Assembly (NCBI GenBank): GCA_002269645.1
Contig: NIVC01004639.1
Location: 1-39,910, forward strand
From: Macrostomum lignano
Taxonomy: Eukaryota
Length of the DNA: 39,910 bases
Direction of reading: 5' to 3'
Part shown: positions 25,301 through 37,300 of the stretch, piece after piece
Layout of the letters: each line of letters begins with the position of its first letter
Numbering within the stretch: the stretch's first letter is position 1
The notes under the pieces: model-generated
Database searches by the model: none
Told to the model about the DNA's origin: nothing
The model's input: only the letters and a program-made list of their open reading frames with translations
Translations under genes and position numbers: made by a program

Positions 25301-28300
25301 AGGTTGGTTTCAAGATTCGGTAACACGTCTCTGTTCAAAATGGCTACTCACCGATGTTTGGATAGCCGTAGATTTCAAACTCGCAGAACGAGAAGCCTCC
25401 AAGCGTTGCCGGCTTTAGGAGACCGGCAACCGATGCAATCTATAGATTTTAGCCGGAAATAGTTGTAATAAAGAATTCGTTTCGTCTGTGTAAAGTCAGG
25501 AAATTTGGTTCATCACTCACTCTATCAACTTCCACATTCCAAATGTGGCTCTTCATAAATCCGCCGGTCCATGTTTCAACAATGCTGGCTAAAGAAGTGT
25601 CGGTGCTGTTACCGACGAAAACGCTGACTGACTGCATCTCTTCGATGGTCTGCTGGACACTCGCTGAAATATTTATTAGTAAAGCATAGATTTTGCTTAA
25701 CTTTCTTTTATTTGCTTTGAGTAGATAATAAGTTTAACAATGGACAACAACACAGATTTCAGCTAACCCAAGCTCTCGACCATGTCAACAATGAAAATGT
25801 GGCTGATTATTTTCTGCTCGCCAAGGCTGACCAGCCAATGCACGTACGGCAGGCCGGCTGTGGGTGACGCGCGGATGCACAGTCCTGAGAGCACGTGATT
25901 GGTTAAGTTTCCGTCGACGGCCAGTCCGGCACTACCCAGAGTGATGTTGTTGGACCCAGTCGGGTGCCAACGAGACAGCAAAACCGGACTCGATGGTACT
26001 GAAGAGTTTGAATTGCGATTTAATCATTCAAATAATTACTTTGAAGGATTTAGGACTAAAGGCATGAATGAAATAAAATTTGCTAAGGCATCGATCGTAT
26101 GCATGACAGCAAGATCACGATGGTGCGCACCGCTGCTAGCGTCCTGACATCCGTAGAGCTGCCAGCGAAGTTCGAGTCCGTTCTGCCACTTTCGCGGGTA
26201 GAGGCGAACGCCCTTCACAGTCGGCTCTGGCAGCAGGCGGTACTTCGTCACGTGATGCGAAACGAAGACTCCTGGCAAAGTCTAGAATCATTGGAATCGA
26301 GAATTTTGTTGATGTTTTGGAGTTTTACTGAAGTCCTTGTAAATACTAAAATACTAAAAGTTTGAATGATCGCCTTGAAAAACATTTATTCAAACCGCTC
26401 ACTTCATATTGAAACACTATTGTTGTCAAAAAGTAAGAACTAACCCTACGGTACATCTCCCAGAAGCTGCCTTCCTCGCTGGTGGCCACGGAGAACTCTG
26501 TCACACTGCTAGATGCGCCACTAACTTGTGTGACGTCAGCTCCACCGCCCAAGGCAACGGAGAATATTCGCATTCGTTGTCGAAAAAGCGCCTTTATTAT
26601 GTGAAGGGGACTTTCCAAGTAATTTTGTATTAATTTGTCCCTTCAATTTTAAAATGCTTCAATTTTCACGCATTTACCTGAATAAATACTTTGCTCGTGG
26701 AGCTGGGGCCATCGGTCAGGTAACTCAGAAGGCTGGGTGAGAAGGCCCCCATGGTGCTTGAATCGGTCTGGTTAAACCAAACCTGTGGAGATGCTTCCGC
26801 AGTCGCGTAGGGATCCGTTGGAACCTGCAGTCCCGAGTAGCCCACTCGGCTCACGGCGATCCTGTAGTCGCTGTCAAAGCAGCCGCCTAGCAACTGGCCC
26901 TCGATAAAGGTGAATATTTTCATAGCTCCACTGGCTTCATCCATCTCCCATGTGACTCTCAGGTTGGCGAACTCGTCAGTGTTAAAGACAATCGGATTCG
27001 AGGTTCCAGTGAAGTTCATCGGTAGTGAAGTGAGGACGAAGTCAGGCTGACCGTAGTCCTTGTGCTCGATGGTGCAGTTGGACAGGCGGATGCTGCTTCC
27101 GTTGCCAGACAGGTGGACGATGTAGCGCTTCTGGAAGGTGTTTGATAATGATTTAGTTAGTTATATAGTCAAGTATGACTACACTGGTAGATATAGTTGC
27201 TAAGACTGCATTGGCACTTACATTGAGCATGGCTAAGTCGTAGCCTGTCTGGTTGGTGAGCCACACCTTCAGAGTTTGCTGCCTCAGTCGAGCATTGAAG
27301 CTGGCTTGTCCGATCGGCACCGAGGTGTCCACCACTGAGTTCGGCAGCCACTCGGGCCGAAGCTGCACGCGCTCGTCCAGGGAGTAGTCTGAAATTCAGA
27401 TGGGAATAGACCATAAATGTGTGAAAAGCGTCCAAACTCCTTGCTCAGCTCATTCAATTTTGCCAGACGGATTTGAAAAAAAAATTGTAAAATTAATAAT
27501 GGACCTGATCTGGAGCCAGCGATGATTTTCACCAAGTTCTATTGTGAGGATCACTACACACAAGGACCACTAGACCACAACTAGACCATATACAGTGGTC
27601 CTTGCATGTTACATGTTGGACCGTCACAAAATACCTCATTTGCGAGTAAATAACTGCCAAATCAATAAGTTAAAAGTACAAGAATAGGACTACAATACCT
27701 GAATTGCCTTTGTTTTTCGGAATTTTAAGTTCATGCCTCTTAAAAGGAATAGTCAATATAATTAGATACTGTGACGTTGTCAGTTTAAGTAGCCCCGCCA
27801 AGGGCGGTTTTGACATACGGTACCAATCTATAATATTATTAGTTTCGTTCTCTCGCGTCTGCTTAAAGTAGTGCCCAAAGAATTTTAAAAAGCTGCGTAC
27901 ATTTGTAAAGCCTGCGTACAGTGCGCGATCGATAATTTCTGTTTTCTGTTTTTCTCAGCCGGCCAATAGAAAAGCCGCGCATTAATTATACTAAGTTCTC
28001 CTCGAGCGCCCACCCCCAGCCCGCTCTTTATCAGTTCTGTCTGGCCGTGCGCTCGGGGTTATCTTGGATCCTGGCTTTGCGTCCCCGCCTGTAGACCCTT
28101 GCCGCCCGGCACTCCTGTTTGGTTGCCTTCTCTTCCTGCCTCACTCCGCCACGGCCCTGGCCACGCCTCTGCCACTCTCAGTCACGCCACTTCTACTACC
28201 TAAGCTATCTAACTCATTGTTGTGTAGCCGCCAGTGCATCGTTACGAATCCAACTTGTATTTTGACCTTTCTCTGTTGACAATAACAACTGTTCCAATAA

Positions 28301-31300
28301 ACTAAGTCTGTGGCCATTGGTCGCATTAACTGATATTATTGCCAAGTGCTACCGCTACAAAATTGCCTCTGCCGTACTCATTTGCCTTCGCTGATTATTC
28401 TCGAGGCCGCCACATTAATACGTCACAATAATAATATAATAAATAAATATGTTCAATGCATGTAGTGTCCTACTACGAGCCTAAAATGAATAGTTCTTGA
28501 TTACGACACAAACACGTGTACCAATCTACAATCAGTAAGTCATTCCTTCTGTATACGTATCTAGAAGCGCTTGACGACAATGAGGACCAACTCCCCCGCA
28601 AAGCACAGGGATCAGCAAATTGGGCTTGACAATTTGCCCCTTACTAACTATAGACTGACTGCCGCGTTGATCAGCGGCAGAGCTGGAAAGCCATCAACCT
28701 CCACTAACAGTGAATTATCGCTAACTTTTTTCTGACTGTAGTGGCTTATAGTGGCTATAGCCTGACCATTCCAGTGGCTTACTCTGCAGCAGCAATAACG
28801 ATCAATTATGACCCCGCGGAAGTTTTCCACCCATCTTCCCAGCACACCTCAGCCGACTTTTTCAATAATTGATGTCGGCTCTATGATGACAACCAGTTGA
28901 GCCTCGAAGCATAGCTCCTATCAACAATACACTGGCCTATATGCAATACCTGGTAAACATAAAATGCAGAAAAAAAACTTTTTTAATCAAGTTAGGTGAC
29001 ATCTCGGGATATTGCGTTGGTTTGAGACTGGTCTTGACTAGTCAATAACAAGTTTTAAACCCCTCTCCTCTGCCCTGCCTTGTGTCGCTTTGCCTACGTT
29101 CTCTCTCCCTCTGTCCGCGCTGTGTGGGGGTGCTTGGCTCTGCGTGCGTGGGGTGGTGCTGGGCTTTAGCCTCGGCGCCGTCGCCCCTTTAATTGGCGTC
29201 TCGCTCAGTTGACTCTGCGTTTTTTGGCTGCCTGCGTGAGCTCAAATTTTTTTCTTTAAACTTTTATTTTTCCAATTTTCTTGCATTGCTGTTTGCATTC
29301 GTGATGCCAAATGCACTTTTAATTCGAGCTGTTGCTTTTATGGGGTTGCTTCCGCGCATTCCCTTTCCTGCCAATGCTGTTTTTGATTCTTCTTTTGGGT
29401 TTAAATCAAGTAGACTCTTTCAATGGTTAAAGCTACAATTAGAAACACGTTTAGACATCAATTTAGGTGCGATGCTTGCGGACCCCGTCAAAGACGTAGA
29501 AAAACTTTGTGCTGTTACACAAATTTCAACTTCAACAAATGAGACCATCTAATCGACGACCTGTCAAAGCATTCGGCTTTGAAGTTACTCACACTCTTTG
29601 CCATACACCATGAGCGCCGTGATGTTGAGCGATCCCAGCTCCCGTCGACGGATCAGAGCTAGAAATCGATACGGCCGGCTGCCTGTCACGCAGGCGATGC
29701 TGTAGTCGGTGCTGAGCTGCGGCACCTCAGCTGCTCCGCACTGGGGCCAGTCAGCATAGGTGACGTCACCGAGAGACGCCTGCCAAGAGTTGCCCACGTA
29801 AAGTCTGAGGCCGGGCTGTAGGCCGGCTGTAAGTGCATCGGGGCTGGCTATTAGATTGTATCAAATGAAAAGGTCCCTTATGAAAATGGAGTGCTATGCA
29901 TCTTAAGTTCAATACACGCAACATGGACGTCTATCTCAGTAGTGCATCTTGCAACTAAAACGGCCTGGAGAAAAATTCAGTGAAACTAAAGCGTCCTGTC
30001 CTGCTTTACCATAGCTTCAAGTGGTTTTGGCATTCCTTTGGAATTATTCCCTTCGAAATTGACCGCATGCATCAAGATAACGTTGTTGGGAAATGTTTCC
30101 CAGAATAGCAAACATCCAGAATCACAATGCAGCCAGTTAGTTGAAAAAGCCACCAACCTGCTATTAAGTCCACTCCATTGATGAAGTGAAGGCTCTTGAA
30201 GTCTACAACCAAACTGTGGAGCTGCGAGCCGACAGCGGGTGCCAGCGAGCCGGTCATGACCCGCAGGAAGCCTGGTTGGTCCTGCTCAGATTCTGCAGCC
30301 TTTGGCCGTTGAAGTAGATGGTTTTGAAATAGGCGATGTTGTGGGACATTCGCGAGCTGGCGCTCCATGGGCTGTAGTTGTGCACTAGAATTTCAAAGGT
30401 AATTAATGAGGTAATTATTTACTGTGGATACCTGCCTCAATAATTACCTGTGTAAATTAAAAGTAGAACTCAGAAATATCCATTAATTGTCAGAGAAAGA
30501 TTATCCTTACAGCAATTGTGCAGTATGCAACTTTGTTTCGTGTTGGACACGTCGACGTAACAAAATGGCGCTTCCGTCAACGTTGCTGCAAAGAGTAAAA
30601 TTTTTCTTGCCATTTTTGAAGATCCGTTGTCAGGTACCTTCAACAGTGGTTAGATAAAACCACAATAATCAACAGACTCTACTCACTACTTATACAGTAG
30701 TTCTTATAGTCTCTCTTATTTCCTGTAGAGGCTGTACTCAGACACACGCGACCGTAGGCTGTGACGTTCACTGGGTAGACGTAGTTTTCCTTGTCACCTT
30801 GGGCTATCAGGCAGTTGGCTGTTTTTGGACAAAGTGCGCATTGTTGCAATGGTACTTGTAAAACGTTCCATAAAACTGACTCGAAATTACTCTTTTTATT
30901 GCACATCATAAATTTCTTGTCAAATTCTAAGTTCTCGAGTGAAACGTACCTCTCAGCCGCATTCCACTTCCCAAATGAGAGCTTTCGGCATCGAAGTACG
31001 AAGCCGAGAATGGGAAGCTGGACGTCTGAGCTAAACCGTCTTGGCCAAGCAGGGGTTTCAAGCAGTCTGGAAAATAAAATATTTTTATATGTTTTCTATA
31101 AAAAAACACTTGCAAGAGCAACACCCTGATGAACCTTTATTTGCTGTGACAGCAGAGACGGATCGGATGCTTGAGTCGGCATTTCCGCTGAGCAGGTCGC
31201 TGGTGACGCTGCAGGCAAAGATTGCGGTCGAGCTGCTCTGCGTGTGGCTGATGCTAAATCGGCCAAGAGACTCATCCATCAAGTGCAGCCGATTGTACAG

Positions 31301-34300
31301 CAGCTGTTTGGACCGGCTGGTGCTCGGGCTTCCGTGGGCTACGCAGGCCGACGTGAAACTTCCTCCGTAACTCGGTCTTTCATCGGCAAATGCTACGTGA
31401 CCCAACTGCAGCGTTCGACTATTGCCTGAGTAAAATTTCACCAAGTTTAAGAGCTAAATAATTATAATAGTAACTATAAACATATATAAGCCATATAGAG
31501 CAAGTTTGTATTGATAGCTCAATGTGGCTAAAGATGAAAGGTAAAATATCATGCTTGCATTGGGTTTTCGTACCGGACCCTTGCTGCGCCTGCGCCAGTT
31601 GACACGCGAACATTTGCTTTTCACCATCAGCCGCTGCCACCAGCGCTGCCTGACTGGTGCTCCACAGGCCATAGACATCTCCCGGCTGGCCCAGCTTCCA
31701 GTGGCTGCTGGGCACTGGGGTGCCGTCGAGCCACTGCCAGACGGAACCGCTTCTCACAATTCCCACGTGAATCAGGTAGTCAACCCTGTGGATTCACAGC
31801 ATGTAGACATTGGGGTGAATCGTTAGTAGTGGTCCAACTCATAACAATGGTCTGGCTGCTGATATGCTTTGTACATGTTAGCTAATGAATTTAGGGTACA
31901 AAAGAACGAGTGCTATGACGTATTGAGTACTATTTGTGCTGGCAAATCAGCTTTTTAACGCTCCTACATCGCTTCTAAGACAGATTTCTAGTCTTTTAAA
32001 AAGATAAGCATTGTCATTTTCGGTGCAAAACACTATTTTATGGCTCTGGCATGTGGTAACGGAATTCTCTTAATGAATACTCTTAGACAACAATTGACCA
32101 AGTTAGTTTTGCCAGTGCGAATTCATGCAAACAGTAAAAGTATTCTCGACTAAGTTGATTGCCAGTGCAAATCTGTGGGAATCTATCATATAAATATCTG
32201 TAAGGACTCTCAGTACTTGGAAAGCTCACCAAACAGCCAAGTAGCTCAGCACAGATGCATCCTTCGGCATGAGCAGGTCGCCTCGGGTGCCGGCCCACAC
32301 AAACGAACGACAGACTCTTCGAGCCGAGTCTCTGAGAGCCAGCACGGGGCTCAGGTGCAGGCAGGTGTCACCCATGGGCACGAATCCTGGCGGGCAAGGG
32401 TCGGACTGCTTGCCCAAGAAGGTGACCTCGTGCTGCTGCAGAGAGCCATTGGTGAAGTGAATTTTCAATTCGATCGGCGCCAGAAGAATCGGGAACTCGA
32501 AGTTCGCTTGCAGGGCTCTTGTTTCGAACTGAAAGCGCAATTTTTGCAGCTTTACTGTGCTACACGTAGAATTGGCTACACCAGCAAGTTGCATAGTAGC
32601 AGAGGTGAAGATCTTACCATCCATATGTCTCCCTGTACTTGGAGTGTCGCACTTGGCTCTCCATCAACTTCGTAAGTAATGTAGAAGCTTAGGAGAGAGC
32701 TGGTAGTTCTGTTTACCGCTATCCTGCTCAGGTGGTAGAATGAACTAAACGTCACAGACAGAGTGGAGGTCCCCTCTAGCTGAACAATCGCTTCCCTGAT
32801 AACTTCGGCTGCTAAAAAGTTGGATATACTTGTAGTCTGTCAAGTAATACAATTCAATCAATATATTCTGATGAATCATTGTGTCAAAAAGATTTTGACT
32901 CACCTGGCTCATTAGGATAGCCAACTAAGTCAATTTTCAGCTGCCTTCTTCCACAGCTGCCTGTCACTTTGACTTGCACCAACTTGGCCAGTATGGACCG
33001 TTGAAAATTGACTCTGGCGGTCTCTACGTAGACTTTTGGCCCGTCAAATGACACCTAAATGTTAAGTTTAAGTGGAAGTCTTCTGGCTACGCTTTACAAA
33101 TGTTGGAGTATTTCTCTGCTAAAAGATCCAACGCAATCTTGAGGGGATGCAGAATAGCTCCACTGCAACGCGTCTGGTTATCGCCCTAAAGTGCGTTCAA
33201 ACTCGTTCTGTGGCTTGTCATGCGATTTACGCCCACGGTGGTAAACCTCAAAGAAACAGAGTATGCACACATGTCTGACAATAGACAGTTAGGTCCGTTG
33301 TACATTCTGTACGAGCGTGTACATGCGCACGAACCCGTGTGCGTGCTCAGAGGTCAGCGGACTGCGCATGACTGCGGGTCGACTGTCGTCTGATTTGCGG
33401 CAGTGCCCGCAGCCCTTCTGCAAACTAACAAATTCAGAACGCACACTTGAGCACTATTTTTACTTCTTATTTTAAGTTTGGATAGAAAGAGGAAAGAAAA
33501 GAATGTAAAGTTTACAATGAAATTGCCTCTTTCAAGGTTCTTTAAAGTGTTTACTTCTCAAAACAGCTTCCCCAATTAGTTCGGGGGTTCACTTTCGTTG
33601 CCATGGGTCCCGATTACTGCGGCAGTGAATTTCACATCGTCGGACAATATCTGGCAATGTAGCCCATGGCCTTGACTGGCACGAGAAGCCTCAGACCAAT
33701 TGCCCAGCACCAATCACAAAATTTTGTGACCGCACGTGGAATCGAGCCCGTGGACTCTGGCTCGAGAATAGGACGCGTTTCACTCTGCCATCCAGCCACT
33801 TAAAATAGCACCACTACCCCAAGTTTCTTCGGTAAAGCGTCGCTAACCCTCCGATCTAGCTCTTCGACGATATGCGACTACCTCCCAATCCTGACTTTAT
33901 CGCTGGCTCACGAACTCTTAGCAGCAAAAGCAGCTGGCAGAAATCATTTCAGTTTTCAACCACTCCCGAGCCGCAGACGAAACTGGTATTTTAGCAGCTC
34001 TAGTTCGAGGCCTAGGACAAATGCTATGATTTCTCAACTTTGTTGTTATTATTACTACTGCGCTGTTTTAGTGAACTCCATTTAGCTGATGAACAGCCGG
34101 TTTCAGATTGAAAATTGACAACTGATAGATGAAATATTGATTCCTACCACTTACCGTGGAACCGTCATGCAGATCTGTGAAAGGCACAAGTTTTTCACTG
34201 TTTCGATCAGCCGAATAGAACACCTGAAAGCTGGTGACCATGCCGTGCAGACTATCGAATCGTCTGTAGCCGCCCGAATCAGCAAGCCAGTCAGTGCATA

Positions 34301-37300
34301 CGTGTAAGGCAGGTACAGAGAGAGCCAATCGCTGACAGGGTCAATGAAAGCATGGTGGAAGCTTTCGTCGCCCGGAAAATCCAGCGGCAGCGAGTACATG
34401 TCCGCGCAGTAGTTGCACACGCTGTCGACGTCGGCATGCTGAACACCGGTTGAGGGGAAACGGCTTCCAAAACCGATTGCCACGTCGTATGCTTTGGGGA
34501 TGTTGGAGTCTGTGACATCTGGCACGGTGGCGGGGCATTAGAAGAATCACAAAAATGCTTTGTTTCTCATGCGCAGGGTTTTAATTGGACTCTTTATTGC
34601 TTCCGGGATGCTGAATACTATTGAATTTGAGCTCAATAATCTCAATACTAAGAAAAGGTTTCTTTTGAGATCCATCCAAGGTACGCTTGTAGATTAAGGA
34701 TTCAATGAACGATTTCTTCGCCTAAATTAAGCATCTTATTGTTATGCGTCTGACCTAGTTCGAAAGACTCGTGATATTTCCGTAAGCAATATCCTGCTTC
34801 CAAGAATTGTTACAATTAGAGGTTACGTTATACGAACTCGTATTTTATTAGTACGCAGTGCGATAAAGGACAAAAATGTTTTAGAGGCTCACTTAGCGGA
34901 TTTCCGTAGATTTCGAGCTCAGTAATTTTCAACGTACAGTCTGGAGTGCAGAGACTGGTGTTAGTCTTAGCCAAACCCAGCATTCGAGCGACCTTAAATG
35001 CAAAAGTTTGATAGGCAAGATTCCCAGAATTATTTAGTATTAATATTTTAGTAGCAGTGAGACGAATAACGCAAACAGCTCATTCGAGAGTCAGCTCGAG
35101 CATATCTTTTCGGTACCACCGTAAACCCTTGGGGCAGTTTCACTTTGGCTTGTGTCAGATCGTTGATGAATTCTGAACTTCCATAACGAGTATGTCTCTA
35201 TCTTCTTGGTTCATTAGGTAAAATACTTTCTCCTCTGCAGTAAGGTTTTTAAAATTAAAAACTTTATCCGAAATTTCCTGTTTGAATTTATCACTATAAA
35301 AGGGAGCACTGTAACAGTTACAAGTTACACTTAAACAAGAAGTGAACTTCACTTTCTATTCCCATATGGCACTTTGGACAGGTCTTGTTCTCTTAGTCTT
35401 TGATCTCGCAGTCCTCATTATTTCGCTACTCGTCAATGTTGACAGTTTCACATGATTTCGCTACTCGTCAATGTTGACAGTTTCACATGATTTCGCTACT
35501 CGTCAATGTTGACAGTTTCACATGATTTCGCTACTCGTCAATGTTGACAGTTTCACATGATTTCGCTACTCGTCAATTTTGACAGTTTCAAATGATTTCG
35601 CTACTCGTCAATGTTGACAGTTTCAAATGATTTCGCTACTCGTCAATTTTGGCAGTTTCACATGATTTCGCTACTCGTCAATGTTAACAGTTTCACATGA
35701 TTTCGCTACTCGTCAATGTTGACAGTTTCACATGATTTCGCTACTCGTCAATTTTGACAGTTTTACATGATTTCGCTACTCGTCAATGTTGACAGTTTCA
35801 CATGATTTCGCTACTCGTCAATGTTGACAGTTTCAAATGATTTCGCTACTCGTCAATTTTGACAGTTTCACATTTTTAGCTGTGATGCCAACTTTACTGT
35901 AAACTGGTTTCCCAACTGGTCTCGAGATGATGGAGTCTGGGCGATTTGCTAGTGTGGTCCGGTACTGAGTAATTCTCTTTGGATATTACATGATAAAGAC
36001 AGTCTGTCTAGCTCTGAGCGGGCTCCACTACTGCCAGTATTTTCGCTAACTTGTAGAATTTTCCTGCAAGCTCTGAACTGATCCTGAGTTTCGAATGAGT
36101 AGATTTTCGGAAGACAAGCGCGCTCTTTTACACTGCCATCTAGCAAGTCATCGAATTATCCGACTGATGTAAAATGGGAGGAAAAATTATGCACAAGCCG
36201 TGGGATCGTAAAAAATTGTCTTCACGATCCTGTCAAGTGACGAGTCGTAAATACTGCATAGTGTGGTCCGAGAACAAATTATTAGAACTGAATAAAATGC
36301 GACTGGAGGGCACAGGGGCGTCGCCATGGATTTTATGGTGGGGGGACAAAGCCTAGAATTCTACATGACTAAATTTCTACATTACTTTGGGATTTTGTTG
36401 TTTGCCACGATCACTTTGGCGCCGCATGCATTCATGGCGCTGTATTTTGTCACCCCGAAGCAAAACTATTGATCTCCATAACGTTCTCCAGGACTCCAGG
36501 TGGGGAGGGAGGACAATGTCCACCCATAGTTTTTACTGGGGGGCGGGGCATGTCACCCTGACGCTGTCCCTCCCGGTGGCGACGCTCCTAAGTGGGCAGA
36601 AATATAGCAGGTTGATGAGGCAGTCGTACTCAGTTACTTTGTAAAACATCCTGATTTAACTGCATACTGCATCGCATAATTGTTTGTTCAGTCCGCTATG
36701 CAGCTAAAAGAGCCCCTCACCATGCCAACGTTAACCCGCCACGGCTGCTTCAGTACGGCATAAAAGTTCCGCGCGACGAAAATTGAATCGGCTTCCGAAT
36801 AGGCCGACTTGTTGGTAGCGAATGTGGCTAAGTAGACATTTTTCTCTTTTGAGGCCAAGTCTGAAACAAAGAAGACAAATAGATTTAGGATGAAATTTGC
36901 ACAAGAGATTTCCAGAATGGGTCCGTTATTCGTTCGTTATTCGTAATTATAATTTGGCCAGATGTGCAACCGACAGCTCAGCCGCAGCTATTGCGTGGCG
37001 CATCTGAAGGATGTGTACGGCTGTTCAGTCCAAGGACTAGGGGGTCGCCACACACCCTCAATTACCCCAGCTGATGCTGGCACCCATTTTACAGCTGGGT
37101 GAACTGAAGCAATGCAGAGTTAAGTGTCTTGCTCAAGGAGACGAATTTTTCCAGTGGGATCGGGAATCGAACCCCGACCTTCAAGTCGTGAGTCCGACGC
37201 TCTGACCACTGGGCTACAACTCCAATTGTAGGATAAGCAATGCTTACTGTAGTGGTGCAAGTTGTAGCCGAATACCAGAGCAAATTCGATGTATCTCAGC

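Noticed and set aside
29193-29552. 119-aa plus-strand ORF in the large intron
   Set aside because: Starts at TTG, is T-rich and low-information, and has no motif or splice support.
1959-32675. Plus-strand ORFs overlapping exons (e.g. 1959-2219, 9008-9337, 13342-13803, 31041-31370, 32175-32675)
   Set aside because: Antisense shadows of GC-rich coding exons; no recognisable motifs or splice structure.
16016-35873. Tandem arrays as CRISPR arrays or telomeric repeats
   Set aside because: Units are head-to-tail with no unique spacers, there are no cas genes, and the context is spliceosomal introns. The 16-mer is not (TTAGGG)n and matches a SINE head.
36590-36650. Lectin-like peptide EYDCLINLLYFCP next to the hAT MITE
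   Set aside because: It needs a phase-2 entry that the upstream exon does not offer, and exon 34893-34992 already completes the chain.
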